DNA of 63,870 bases, the filler included, from Trichomonas gallinae (lineage: Eukaryota): NCBI GenBank assembly GCA_008369845.1. It is 7 parts of 7 records of this genome, joined end to end, with 100 filler letters (N's around TTAATTAATTAA, not from the genome) between each part and the next. Parts side by side here need not be neighbours in the genome. Positions count along the whole stretch, not along the records: positions 41,622 to 57,007 come from MRSU01001479.1; positions 57,108 to 63,870 come from MRSU01001484.1; 5 more parts are not named here. The stretch is one strand, 5' to 3'. Position 1 is the stretch's first letter; every line of letters begins with the position of its first letter. Shown in pieces: positions 53,660 through 63,870 of the stretch. The position numbers and the translations under genes are program-made. Below the pieces are notes generated by a model that saw only the letters and a list, made by a program, of their open reading frames with translations, had not been told where the DNA came from and did not search any database.

Positions 53660-56329
53660 TTAGATTTCCATTTGGAAAGCGAGTTCTATGGCTCTATAGT
53701 AGGTATTCATGGATACAAGGAGCTCCAAAGAAGAAACAACAGGCTCAAACTTCTTCAAAAAGCAACAAATAGAAACAGCATTTGTTGGAGGAACTTTCGC
53801 AATCATAAAAAGCAGCAAAAGCGCTGATTCATCGCCAGTAACTGATGGACAATTGGCCAGAATCGGTACTTGGCAAACAGATCTGTGTATTTCGTAAGCA
53901 ATATCAATTGGATTCGTTAAATAAGAAATTGCACCTAAATCATGATGGCAAGACGATAATAATCCTGTAACAGTTTTGAACACACATATTTTTCTAATGA
54001 TTTCCACTCTTAAATTTACATTATTCAAATCAACGTTCAAAATATTGATACAAAGCTTAAGAAACCTTTCATCATCACTTTTGCGGCTATTAAGAATTGA
54101 TGTTTCATCATAAGCTAAGTCAAAAGCAAATCTAAACATTGCTGATGAAATTATTGGAACATAATTTTCATTGCTTCTATCTCCACCGATGTCTTCAGTG
54201 ACTACAAATGACATCGCATAGACATCAGAGACTAAATGCCCAGCATCACAGTCTTTAATATTTTTCACTAAATCCGCATCTTTTCCTTTCAAATGTGATG
54301 CAAAGTAGGGAACAATGGCGTCATCTACATCACTTCTAGCGAGATATTGCAATTTTGTGTTTATTGATCTCAATCCAGAGTAAACGGCAGATTTTAGGCC
54401 ACGAGCAGGACTATCATTCAAATACTTTTTGGCATCAGTGTAAACTTTTATCGCGTGAATTGAAATTTGCGCTTTTTCTTTTTTCATTGTATTATATTCA
54501 CTTGTATTGAATAGTAATGATTGCATAAGCTTAGACATACTGTTAGTATTCGCGACAATGTATCTGTTCTGCTGTGATGCCCTGATGATTTCATTTGCTA
54601 TTTCTATGAATTCCGTGCAAACAAATCTTTGATAATTTTGAATTCTTTTATAAGTGTCGCGAAGAATCGCGTTGTGGCTTTGTATGATGAATTTATAGTT
54701 GCCTTTGTAGTTGTTGGGGTCTGGATAGTTCTTTTCTTTCGCTTGCTCATTAATTTCGTTTATTTGATTTTCTGCTTGAGTTATGAATTCTTCTATATCT
54801 TGGATATTATGAAGATGGTCTAGCTTACTTAAATCATAGTCAAGAGTTATGAATTTCAAAGATTGAGGCCTTAATTCCATATTTTGCAAAATTCCGCTTG
54901 CTGTTAAATCTTGAGATGAAATGGACAGCTTTGGCCGCTTAAGGTTCAGTCCTTCAAGGAATAGAAGCGAACTAGGCCTAAATGGGAAACATTTGAGATT
55001 AATTTTTTGATTTTCGAATTTTGTTACGATCTTTTCTATTCTATCTGGATTTTGAGGCTTAACATTGAAGAAATATGTGAGAAATGTCAGATTGTAGTCA
55101 TAAGCTAGAAGAGAATTGGCTGATTCTAAAATTTCATTTTTTATCCAAGGAGTGTGATCAAAAATTCCACTGGAAAATATAGAGCATATCTGAACAATGC
55201 GGTTCTTATACTTATTTTTGTTTAAAGCCAATTTAATAAAACAAAAAATTGTTTTAATGAATTGTGGAATCCATTTAATTTCTTCTGTTACTTCATCGTA
55301 GCTTTCTATTATCTCAATGAACAACATTGTCGATACTCTCATTAATATTTTATGACTTATCATTAGTTTTGCCAAGAATCTTAGTGCAAGATATCGTGTA
55401 TTGTCATCACCTTCCTTTGCACAATTACAGATTTCCTTTAAATAGCCTACATCTGTTGAATTGAATTTTATAATTGTATTTACGATCTTTCTGTATTCAA
55501 TTGAAGTACCTGCATGACTATGAATGTAATTGAGCGCGATTCCACGTATTGTTTCGTGATATTGCGTTGAATCTAAAATTTTTTTAAGTCGACTACTTTT
55601 TTCTTCAGCAGAAGCATATTTTAACCAACGTTGGTTTAATCTTACAAGACATCTGAAGAATGTGACTGATGCATTATCATTAGATTTCTTCAACATTGCA
55701 GCGATTTTCGTATAAATATTTTTTATGGTTTGTTCTGCAAGATTTGGTACATAATCGTTTTCTACAACTATATCAGTCATAAAGGCAGCAAGATCAACTC
55801 TCAAATCGCCAGGATCATCATCAAACGGATTTTCAACTAAGAAAGATATGAATAAATCAATTATTCGTTCAATTGCTCCTTTTGATTCGAGAAATTTAAC
55901 CCAAATCGGATGCTTTTCTGTATGAAAAATGTAAAATAAACGAAATATTTCTGTGGGCTCCGCGATTGCATAGACAAATTGACATAAAAAGAAGTCCTGA
56001 AGATTATCTGTATAAAATGCATTAATATATCTGGTGCAGTTCTCGATATTATCAAGTTTTAGCATAGATTTTCTTTCGAACAGATACAAAACGAACGATG
56101 AAATATCAATTAGAGGCGACGGTATGTTTTCATCTGAGAAGTATCGCTTGAAAATGCTATGAACTGACTCCCAGTATTCATTGCCTTCGATTAATGAATC
56201 AATTGTCGCAAGTAACAAAGGAGAAATCCTATTCCATATAAAGGCCATATCATGAGGTGAATCAAGCTGTGGTTCTGGCACTGCTTCGTCTTCAATACCA
56301 TACCACCAATGAAAAGCAGCCTCAGACAT
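53660..56329 (-). CDS. Large helical hypothetical protein with C-terminal VPS9-like segment
   Basis: 889 aa; NPIDIAYEIH...VTGDESALLLLFMIAKVPP....CFLKKF...TYYRAIEL. Confidence 0.75.
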   Translation of the reverse strand: MSEAAFHWWYGIEDEAVPEPQLDSPHDMAFIWNRISPLLLATIDSLIEGNEYWESVHSIFKRYFSDENIPSPLIDISSFVLYLFERKSMLKLDNIENCTRYINAFYTDNLQDFFLCQFVYAIAEPTEIFRLFYIFHTEKHPIWVKFLESKGAIERIIDLFISFLVENPFDDDPGDLRVDLAAFMTDIVVENDYVPNLAEQTIKNIYTKIAAMLKKSNDNASVTFFRCLVRLNQRWLKYASAEEKSSRLKKILDSTQYHETIRGIALNYIHSHAGTSIEYRKIVNTIIKFNSTDVGYLKEICNCAKEGDDNTRYLALRFLAKLMISHKILMRVSTMLFIEIIESYDEVTEEIKWIPQFIKTIFCFIKLALNKNKYKNRIVQICSIFSSGIFDHTPWIKNEILESANSLLAYDYNLTFLTYFFNVKPQNPDRIEKIVTKFENQKINLKCFPFRPSSLLFLEGLNLKRPKLSISSQDLTASGILQNMELRPQSLKFITLDYDLSKLDHLHNIQDIEEFITQAENQINEINEQAKEKNYPDPNNYKGNYKFIIQSHNAILRDTYKRIQNYQRFVCTEFIEIANEIIRASQQNRYIVANTNSMSKLMQSLLFNTSEYNTMKKEKAQISIHAIKVYTDAKKYLNDSPARGLKSAVYSGLRSINTKLQYLARSDVDDAIVPYFASHLKGKDADLVKNIKDCDAGHLVSDVYAMSFVVTEDIGGDRSNENYVPIISSAMFRFAFDLAYDETSILNSRKSDDERFLKLCINILNVDLNNVNLRVEIIRKICVFKTVTGLLSSCHHDLGAISYLTNPIDIAYEIHRSVCQVPILANCPSVTGDESALLLLFMIAKVPPTNAVSICCFLKKFEPVVSSLELLVSMNTYYRAIELAFQMEI

Positions 56330-56973
56330 TAAATCTAAAAAATAACTTTTTTTATTAAAAAATACATCTGTTATTGTTATATATTTATTGTTTCATTCCT
56401 TAAATTTCTGAAAACGAATTTTATGACATGATTTATTTTATTATATTATTTGTATTATTATTTTCAAGTTTTTAACCAATTTCGTAATTTGTGATAAATG
56501 TAAAATATTGAAAAAAATATTATTGTTAAAATCAATATATTGGTGACAATTAATGCTTTGATAACATTTCAAAACCTCATTACATGTCAATTTGTGATAA
56601 AATTTGTCATTCTCAATTATATTGACAATTTACACGGCAAAAAAAAAAAAAAAAAAATTGATTTTCATATACTGTTTCAATCGAATGACTCATCATCAAT
56701 GAGCGAATCTAATTTGATTTCAATATACATATGAAAATATTTAATTAGGAATCAATGTCTAACGTACAATAACAAGATCTGATAAAATATAGAGTTCTAT
56801 GATACGGTTATTTTCAATTCAAATTCCAAGGCAATATAAAGTGAAAATAATCATAATTCAGATAAGTGAAATATTTCACTCATTTTTATGATTGCTTATG
56901 CGTCCTTAATATTTTTTTGATTGACTGTGAATAGTTGTTATGTAGAAATCAAATTTTACATGTCAATTCTTCA

Positions 56974-57007
<34 letters not shown>

Positions 57008-57107
57008 NNNNNNNNNNNNNNNNNNNNNNNNNNNNNNNNNNNNNNNNNNNNTTAATTAATTAANNNNNNNNNNNNNNNNNNNNNNNNNNNNNNNNNNNNN
57101 NNNNNNN
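57008..57107. other. Artificial contig spacer (preceded by poly-A 56975-57007)
   Basis: N44-TTAATTAATTAA-N44. Confidence 0.97.
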
Positions 57108-57254
57108 GAGATCAAGGACAAGAAGAAGCACGCTGAGGACATGAAGAAGAAGCACGCTCCAAAGGTCCCACAGACAAAGAAGCTTTCTTTCGAAGAGAAG
57201 CGTAAGGCCCTCAACGAGCGCCTTCAGGCTGCTGGCCTTCCACCACGCAAGTAA
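57108..57254 (+). CDS. C-terminal fragment of a basic, highly expressed protein, probably 60S uL18 (L5)
   Basis: EIKDKKKHAEDMKKKHAPKVPQTKKLSFEEKRKALNERLQAAGLPPRK*; KLS.EE+K resembles the L5 C-terminal helix; ribosomal-type codon bias. Confidence 0.55.
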   Translation, partial: EIKDKKKHAEDMKKKHAPKVPQTKKLSFEEKRKALNERLQAAGLPPRK

Positions 57255-57436
57255 ATTCTTCAATTAAATTATATTTCAAAATTATAATTTTTTCAAGATA
57301 TCATCATCAATCAATTACTATAATCACTATTTACTATTTTTTAATCAATATTCTAATATAAATTGTTGAGGGATTGTTTTTTTTGCAAAAAAATAATATT
57401 TTATCATAAATTAAAAATATGATGAGAAATAAATCA

Positions 57437-57700
57437 CATATGAGAATAGTTGCATTTTTCACATTATAATCATAGGTTAGATTTGTTAATATAAGATTGT
57501 TAATAAATTAAATGAATTATGAATAAAATAATAACAAACATATGAATAGTTTCACTTTTCGCCATATAACATTAGGCTACTTTTGTTCAACGAAAAATTA
57601 TTGAAAATAAGCGAACTATGAGCAAATTGATAATAGTCATATGGATAGTTTCACTTTTTACAATAGAGCTATAAGTTGTTTTTGTTAATATATAAAATTG
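57437..57700. repeat. Three ~100-nt degenerate tandem units upstream of Sam50
   Basis: CATATG..ATAGTT.CA.TTTT at 57437, 57539, 57638, each followed by tttgtt(a/c)a. Confidence 0.7.
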
Positions 57701-57795
57701 AATTTTGGAAAGTTGAAATTGAGAGATTTTAGGGATAATAAAACTATTATTAATGGTTGTGTTTTTTATATATGATTTAGAAAGTCATTTTTTCG

Positions 57796-58989
57796 ATGTC
57801 TTCGCCAGAGTGGTTCCCCAAAGAATCGCTTCAGGAGGAGATTGACAGGATCAAATCGCTCAACGAGTCCGATGAATTCAAGGAGATGTCAATCAACGCA
57901 CTCATTGAGAAAGTTAAGCAGCTTGGATCGATCAAAACTGCAACATACGACAAGGAAACAGGAAAATTCGAAATTATTGCAAGAAACGGCTTAATGAAGA
58001 CATACATTGGAGGCGATGTTGGCTCTCAAAGTGCTGCTCGCGCTTCATCTGGATGGGCAAATTACTTCAAGAAGGGAGAAACGATCTCAGTAACAGGAAA
58101 ATATACATTTGGAGGCAGTCCATCCGTAAACATCGCGTTTTGCATGCCTGATTTCAAGTCTGTTGACTTTTCTAAAATGAATTCCTTCAAATCTTACACA
58201 TATTCACTCAACGTCGAAAAGAAAGATGAAGATAAAAATTCAATACAAACTGCATCACTAGAATTCAATCTTAATGGAGGCAAAGAAATATTTGACAAAT
58301 CTATCGCAGTTTCTGCAATTCGTCAAGTTTTGAGCCAAGATCCACCATATCCACTCAAATTCGAACCACATCCATACTTCAAATTCGAAATGAGCGCATG
58401 TTTACCATCTTTCCTTCCAATGCAGCGCAATCGCCTTGCTACTGGTCTCATTTTCGATACTAAGCGCAATGTAACACCATTCATAAAGGCAACGGCCTTC
58501 AATAAGATAAATCTTCCATTCGGATTATCAATTGTTGGAGATTGCGGCTTAATTACATCATTAAAGAAGAATCCAGGTGCCAAGCTTTCCCTTGCCAATA
58601 TGTATCCAATGCCTTATCCAGAAAAATTCGTTCTTGGAGGATTACCGACAATTCACGGCGTCGAATCTCGCAAATTCACGAACAACTACGAAGGATTCCC
58701 AATTGGTAGCAATGTTTATGGCTCATTGACAATCGATGAAAGCGTTTTCATGTTCCCAGAACAGAATTTCAATGGACACTTGTTCCTCAGCGGTGCAATC
58801 GCTAAGAACTTCTCCTCTCACTTCCCTGACTCATGCGATCCATCCTGGACATCACTGATCGTCGCTGGAACAGGTTTGACAATTGTCCAAGGCCAAGCAA
58901 AGATCGAAGTCAACATTCAGAAGCCAATCTACCAGTCTGGTCCAAAGGTTGATGTCCTCAGCTACCAAATTGGCATCACACCAGCTTAA
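57796..58989 (+). CDS. SAM50: Sam50/Omp85-family beta-barrel assembly protein (hydrogenosomal outer membrane)
   Basis: Inr TCATTT at 57785; EKFVLGGLPTIHG (cf. DRFYLGGPTSVRG), IGSNVYG, FNGHLFLSG, GTGL...KIEVNI..PI, terminal strand YQIGI. Confidence 0.85.
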   Translation: MSSPEWFPKESLQEEIDRIKSLNESDEFKEMSINALIEKVKQLGSIKTATYDKETGKFEIIARNGLMKTYIGGDVGSQSAARASSGWANYFKKGETISVTGKYTFGGSPSVNIAFCMPDFKSVDFSKMNSFKSYTYSLNVEKKDEDKNSIQTASLEFNLNGGKEIFDKSIAVSAIRQVLSQDPPYPLKFEPHPYFKFEMSACLPSFLPMQRNRLATGLIFDTKRNVTPFIKATAFNKINLPFGLSIVGDCGLITSLKKNPGAKLSLANMYPMPYPEKFVLGGLPTIHGVESRKFTNNYEGFPIGSNVYGSLTIDESVFMFPEQNFNGHLFLSGAIAKNFSSHFPDSCDPSWTSLIVAGTGLTIVQGQAKIEVNIQKPIYQSGPKVDVLSYQIGITPA

Positions 58990-59148
58990 ACTATTTTATA
59001 GAATAAAAAATATTAATATTTTGTCGAATACCAAAATGAATTCTTGATAATTATTCTGAACAAACTACCAGGTAACACAGAATCAAACAGTTTAAGCAAC
59101 ATGAAATATAGAATATACCCTACAATGTTATACAACAAGTTTGTATTC

Positions 59149-59340
59149 TTAATTATTGACATCAATACCAGGATCTGTCAGTAAATGCTTGATGACTTCA
59201 TAATGACATAATAATGAAGCAGAAATAAAAGCTGTCTTATTTTCTTTGCCCTTTGAGTTGATATCAATTCTAGGACCTGTGACAAGATGTTTGACAACTA
59301 AATGATGTTCATTCAATGAAGCAATTATCAAGGCAGTCAT
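59149..59340 (-). pseudogene. Ankyrin-repeat remnant (two repeats)
   Basis: TALIIASLNEHHLVVKHLV...IDINSK..ENKTAFISAS..CHYEVIKHLL...IDVN then stop. Confidence 0.7.
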
Positions 59341-59499
59341 ATCATTTCATTCAATGAGGCATGCTTAACATAGGAAATTGATGGTATTGGATCAACAATC
59401 TTTTAAGAAGTTTGTCCAAATGTGACTTTATAATAGTACTTGAAGAATTATAAGATTTAGATCAATGTTAATAAAAAGTGACAATTAATTTTTGGATCA

Positions 59500-60156
59500 A
59501 TGTTAACTATTGAGCCAAATCCGGTCATTGTTAGTCGAACAGGTCACATTCATAACAATGGAACTGTTGACATCAAAAACAACGGCCAAAACAAAAATAT
59601 TTTCAGCGTTGAATTCGATACAGAAATATTTTGTGGAATTTCTCCTGCTGTTGGCGAGCTAGTTACAGGAGAATCGAGAACGCTCAAGTTTTCTTTTGAA
59701 GATACAATTCGTGAAAATGAAGAATTATCATTTATCGTTAGATATACATCAGTTTCTCCGAATGAGAAAACAGATATTTCAGAAATCATTGCTACGTCTA
59801 AGAATTGGCCAAATACTGTAAAATGCGTTATTAAATTTTCTTCGCACGCTGAAGATGCTCTCAGATCTATCGCAGCTGTTACAAAATCAAAGCCAACAGT
59901 TCAACAAGTACAAGCAAGATCGCAAAGTCGTGATATTTCCAAAGAACAACTCGATATGCTAAAAAGAAAACTAAACGAGAAGAAAAACTACAACCAGCAG
60001 CTTAAAACGAAAAAAACGAACCTAGAAAAAGAAATAAAGCAGCAACAAGCTCAATTAAAAGTTCTTCAATCTCGAACAGATTCAAATCCACCATACATTT
60101 TCATTGGTCTTGCACTACTCCTTGTTGCTATGCTTTTGAAATATTACCGAAAATAA
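59500..60156 (+). CDS. VAP/Scs2-like protein (MSP domain, coiled coil, C-terminal TM)
   Basis: MLTIEP...IKN...ISPAVGELVTGES MSP-like N-terminus; coiled coil; tail anchor IFIGLALLLVAMLLKYYRK. Confidence 0.75.
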   Translation: MLTIEPNPVIVSRTGHIHNNGTVDIKNNGQNKNIFSVEFDTEIFCGISPAVGELVTGESRTLKFSFEDTIRENEELSFIVRYTSVSPNEKTDISEIIATSKNWPNTVKCVIKFSSHAEDALRSIAAVTKSKPTVQQVQARSQSRDISKEQLDMLKRKLNEKKNYNQQLKTKKTNLEKEIKQQQAQLKVLQSRTDSNPPYIFIGLALLLVAMLLKYYRK

Positions 60157-60765
60157 TCAAAAAAATTACTTTTTTGCTTCCAAATATATACGTAATTGTT
60201 TCTTTTAGAGTCAATTCATTCGAAAAATAAATTTGTTTGATATGAAACTAACAATTTCAAGAAATTTATTTGATTATATATAGAACTCGATTATAATTAT
60301 GTGAAAAATAATGAAAATGATATGGATTATATCCTATATCTATCTATTTTGAGCTTAGAAATGCTAAAATTATTTACAAATTTTAATATTCTTATTTTTG
60401 AGTCTTTTCATCGCAAACTCAACATATTTGCATAGAATAGATTTTATTATGCAACAGAATGATAATAGTTAAACTTGATAATAATATAAAAAGATGTATA
60501 ATGGAGTTATAGTCTTCATACTCGAATATTTGATATTACTTTAATTTTCTAATGTATTACATATATGAGAAAGACTTAAAAAGCTTTCTTATAATGAAAA
60601 AATATGAAATTAATATTTGGTGTTACCCCCTATTGACGATAACTATCCCCTGCTTAATTAAAAATTCGATTTTTCTTTATTTTTGGAATGTTATCTTATC
60701 ATCAAAACCAATTTTCGTGTTTTTGGTCAAAAATAAAAAATACATAGCGAAAAAAATTGACACAA

Positions 60766-61650
60766 ATGTCTACGAATCCAAAAACGATTATTGTGAATGT
60801 AAAAGCTCCATCAGGACAAGGATACATTTTTCAGGCTCACATCAAAAACACTGTCGATTCTATTAAACGTGTTTTAGCCAAAGCTATGGATTTAGACCCA
60901 AATTTAATTAATTTGGCTCTGAGAGGCCTGCCGCTTGATGGAAAGCTCACATTTGGTGAGCTAAACATCACAGATCAAGATTATTTGCAATGGATTCTAC
61001 CAGATACTTTACCAACAACAACAAAACCGCCAACAATGCCTTTACCACCAAAACCTACGCCAAAAATCGAGGAGAAGCCTAAATCAAAGCCAAAACGCCA
61101 GAAATCCGACAAAAAATTGCATTCTGACTCAACTTCAAAAGATGATTATCATAAATTAGTTGAAAAAACGAAATTTATGGAAAGAGCAGATGCTATTCGC
61201 AAAATATATGTGGGCCCTGTGTTCGCAGAGGAGCCACATCGTGAAAAACCAGAAGATTACGAATATCGAGTTCAATTCCTTCAAAACATGTGTCTACCTG
61301 TCAATTTCATTCCTGCTGCATTAGAAATGGCAAACTACGACTTGGAAGTTGCCGCTGATGCATTAGTGAACGGAGATTTGCCAGGAGACAACGATTATTC
61401 AGATACTGAAGTAGAAGAAATGTACGATAACTCGCATCAGCAGGATGACACGAAAACTCAAAATACTCAATGCATGGATAAAGAAACCTTTATGAAAGAA
61501 TATAAATCTCTCAGAAAGATCGAACAGAGAGAAGTTACGCTGCTTAGAAACCTCGGTGTTGATATTGAAAATGTTTTACGAGTTTATCTCGCATGCGATA
61601 AAGATAAGGAAAAAACTATCGAACAGCTTGCGAGTAACCTTTTTGATTAA
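60766..61650 (+). CDS. Rad23-like UBL-UBA-UBA protein
   Basis: First ATG at 60766; UBL (TVDSIK...LALRGLPLD..LTFGELNI); UBA ALEMANYDLEVAADAL; UBA2-like LRNLGVD....RVYLACDKD. Confidence 0.8.
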   Translation: MSTNPKTIIVNVKAPSGQGYIFQAHIKNTVDSIKRVLAKAMDLDPNLINLALRGLPLDGKLTFGELNITDQDYLQWILPDTLPTTTKPPTMPLPPKPTPKIEEKPKSKPKRQKSDKKLHSDSTSKDDYHKLVEKTKFMERADAIRKIYVGPVFAEEPHREKPEDYEYRVQFLQNMCLPVNFIPAALEMANYDLEVAADALVNGDLPGDNDYSDTEVEEMYDNSHQQDDTKTQNTQCMDKETFMKEYKSLRKIEQREVTLLRNLGVDIENVLRVYLACDKDKEKTIEQLASNLFD

Positions 61651-62061
61651 TATTGTTTGTGTGTATTTATATAAATCTCATATATTTGTTCTGTTATTTA
61701 AGCCTTTTTTCCTCAAAAATTTGAGATATATAACCATAATATATATATATTCCAGATTCGATGATGAAAATCGCTTGCTCTCTTGCTAAATAGTTCAAAT
61801 ACAAAATTTTGTTTTCTAAATTTTTTGATTTTTGATTTTTAATTATATTATAAAATTTATAATTTTATTATGATTTTTGAGATTTTGCTAAAATCTAACA
61901 ATTTCCAAGTCTTTCTAAATCAGTAGATGTGAAATATAATAGATATAGATTCAATATCAAATCAGAATAAATATGATTATTGTTTGAAAAATCGATTATA
62001 TTAAATTTATTTCTAGATTTAAGTATAATTTCAGTTTGTAATTAATATAAATAACAAATAT

Positions 62062-63318
62062 TTAATCATCTACACTTGTTTCTCCGCCCTTCGACCTCGA
62101 CAAAGCAATTTGGTTTTTAACCTCGCCTTGTGACTGGAGAGATCTGAAATATGGATGTCTCACGATATCGAATATGGTGCAGCCACCTTCTCTGGCAATT
62201 TCTAAGATGCATTTCAAAACAGGTCCTTGCAAATTTGGTAAAATAATTTCATCAATAATTTTGATCAAAGAAGGAATCGCAAGAGGCTCATCATGGGCTT
62301 CAACGTCCTTATCCGCGCCCCATTCAGCGTCAACAATGCAAATCTGATCGCCATCAGCTGTAACGTTGATATTTGCTGCTCCAAGCGGTGCAGCCAATCT
62401 CTTTGACCCATACATAGTCAAGTCGCATAGAGCAGAGGCAATTCTAGACCTCCAGTGAGCAAATAAAGGCGATTGTTCGCCAATTGCTGTTGGACCGCGG
62501 AAAAACGACAAAATGGGTAGATAACGGTTGCTGTCGTACATGAACCAAACCTTGTCGCCTGTTTCGCATCTCATGTCAAGAGGAGATCTGAAACAGTGAG
62601 AAGGTAAGAATTCACGAGCAATCTCGAAGTCCAGGGCTTCTTTGTGATACGCTGTGTATGAAGCTGTTAGAGCGTCCACTTCAATGACGTCAATCATGTT
62701 TTTAGCAGCATCTTGTGCAGCGAAACAGCAAACGCCAGGACAAATCTGTTTCTTTGTTCCAGATCTGGATTTAACTGGCGGCTGAACCTTCTTTCGCTGA
62801 TTTTTAACTAATTGGCCGACATATGCAATTCTCTGCGCAATCGGCTGAGGAATTGGCGGATCAACACCATCAATTCTACTCCAAAAGAAGTTTCTGTAGC
62901 GTTGGACCTTGTTGTCTTGCTCGTTATCGGTTGCCGCTGTTGATCCTGCAATTGTCTGCTTTAAATCTTGAATTGTATTGAGAATAAAGTGGAGATTTAC
63001 GACATCTGATGGATAAGAAAGTGCTTTTTTAACCTGTCTTTCGAGTAAATCCAAGGATTCGTCGACATGCGCACAATGTTCTTCAAAAGCAAGTCTTTCA
63101 TTCTTAAATTCAGTGTCAATGACTGCTCTTTTGAAATTTTCGAAAGTTACTGGTCTAGTTGGTGATGGTTGTGGAAATAAGGATGTAATCCACGTATCTT
63201 GTTGTGTAATATGGCCATTTTTTGCGAGTTCCGCAACGAACAGCTCCATGTTCTTCTGGCTGGTGATTTCAGTTGTGCCGGGTTCCAGAGAATGCTGAAA
63301 ACATTCTTCCGGATTCAT
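62062..63318 (-). CDS. Hypothetical protein with degenerate kinase-like C-terminal half
   Basis: 418 aa; WRSRIASALCDL...LGAANINVTADGDQICIVDAEWG...TIFDIVRHPYF. Confidence 0.75.
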   Translation of the reverse strand: MNPEECFQHSLEPGTTEITSQKNMELFVAELAKNGHITQQDTWITSLFPQPSPTRPVTFENFKRAVIDTEFKNERLAFEEHCAHVDESLDLLERQVKKALSYPSDVVNLHFILNTIQDLKQTIAGSTAATDNEQDNKVQRYRNFFWSRIDGVDPPIPQPIAQRIAYVGQLVKNQRKKVQPPVKSRSGTKKQICPGVCCFAAQDAAKNMIDVIEVDALTASYTAYHKEALDFEIAREFLPSHCFRSPLDMRCETGDKVWFMYDSNRYLPILSFFRGPTAIGEQSPLFAHWRSRIASALCDLTMYGSKRLAAPLGAANINVTADGDQICIVDAEWGADKDVEAHDEPLAIPSLIKIIDEIILPNLQGPVLKCILEIAREGGCTIFDIVRHPYFRSLQSQGEVKNQIALSRSKGGETSVDD

Positions 63319-63836
63319 CCGTTTTTTAATTCATAAATAAAGGGGGAGACACCAAATATTAACCTTTTTTTGTTTACAAAAACCAACATCAAAAATATAG
63401 TAAAAACCTTATGCTTTATCCTATATATTTTCATCTTATTCAATATTTCATTTAGAAGCAGAATATATTACTTAAGCCAAATTCATTTGTCATCTTTTAT
63501 ACTTTAATTTCAATTTTGATTTTGTGATTTCAATTGTTTTTTGGCAAATCTAATAAAATAATTTGATTAATATTATTACAAATATGGTATTATTTTTGTT
63601 AATAAGCTTGAAAACAAATTATTTCCAAATTAATATTTCTCACCCTTCATATTTTTATTATCCCCTCTTTTATTTAAAAAACTGCCTTTTTTCAAAAAAA
63701 TTAAAAATCGTTGTTTTCTCACTAGTATAATAGACATATCACTGCTATAATTATACATCAAATATTTTGTGACATAGGCTATCTATCCATATAAGAGGTT
63801 TAGCTAGAAAATGTTCAAACAGTCCATAGCAAACAT

Positions 63837-63837
<1 letters not shown>

Positions 63838-63870
<33 letters not shown>
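63838..63870 (+). repeat. Poly-A run at window end
   Basis: 33 consecutive A. Confidence 0.9.

Noticed and set aside
1..63870. Spliceosomal introns, tRNA or rRNA genes
   Set aside because: By eye I found no GT...ACTAAC..AG element interrupting a reading frame, and no cloverleaf or rRNA-like segment. A covariance-model scan was not possible.

Overview
AT-rich, intron-less, monocistronic eukaryotic DNA. It is most likely from a parabasalid (Trichomonas-like) genome, based on TCATTT initiator elements just before ATGs, TAAA signals overlapping stop codons, a short divergent Sam50 and typical expanded gene families. The window is not contiguous: seven contig pieces are joined by six artificial 100-nt spacers (N44-TTAATTAATTAA-N44). 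It holds about 35 genes or fragments, including a PCI protein, R2R3-Myb, B-box/TLDc, LRR-PP2C, a Mex67-like NTF2 domain, SmB, SF3B3-like, copine, eL6 and uL18 fragments, Sam50, VAP, Rad23-like, a thioredoxin-fold protein and several ARM/HEAT-like and acidic proteins. Most notable observations: (1) a tandem trio of single-pass membrane proteins with poly-Cys/Lys/Ser tails and a shared ML-x-N-[LI]-T-A-[ST]-R N-terminus; (2) a thioredoxin-fold gene whose transmembrane anchor lies in the -1 frame behind an A_AAA_AAA heptamer; (3) two Pmp-like beta-helix ORFs with intact bodies but disabled 5' ends; (4) a strand-biased, ~23-nt-phased TGACATGTAAA upstream motif; (5) E2F/Myb-like promoter sites; (6) hidden pseudo-PARP, pseudokinase and VPS9-like domains. 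All assignments come from motif recognition by eye; no searches were run.
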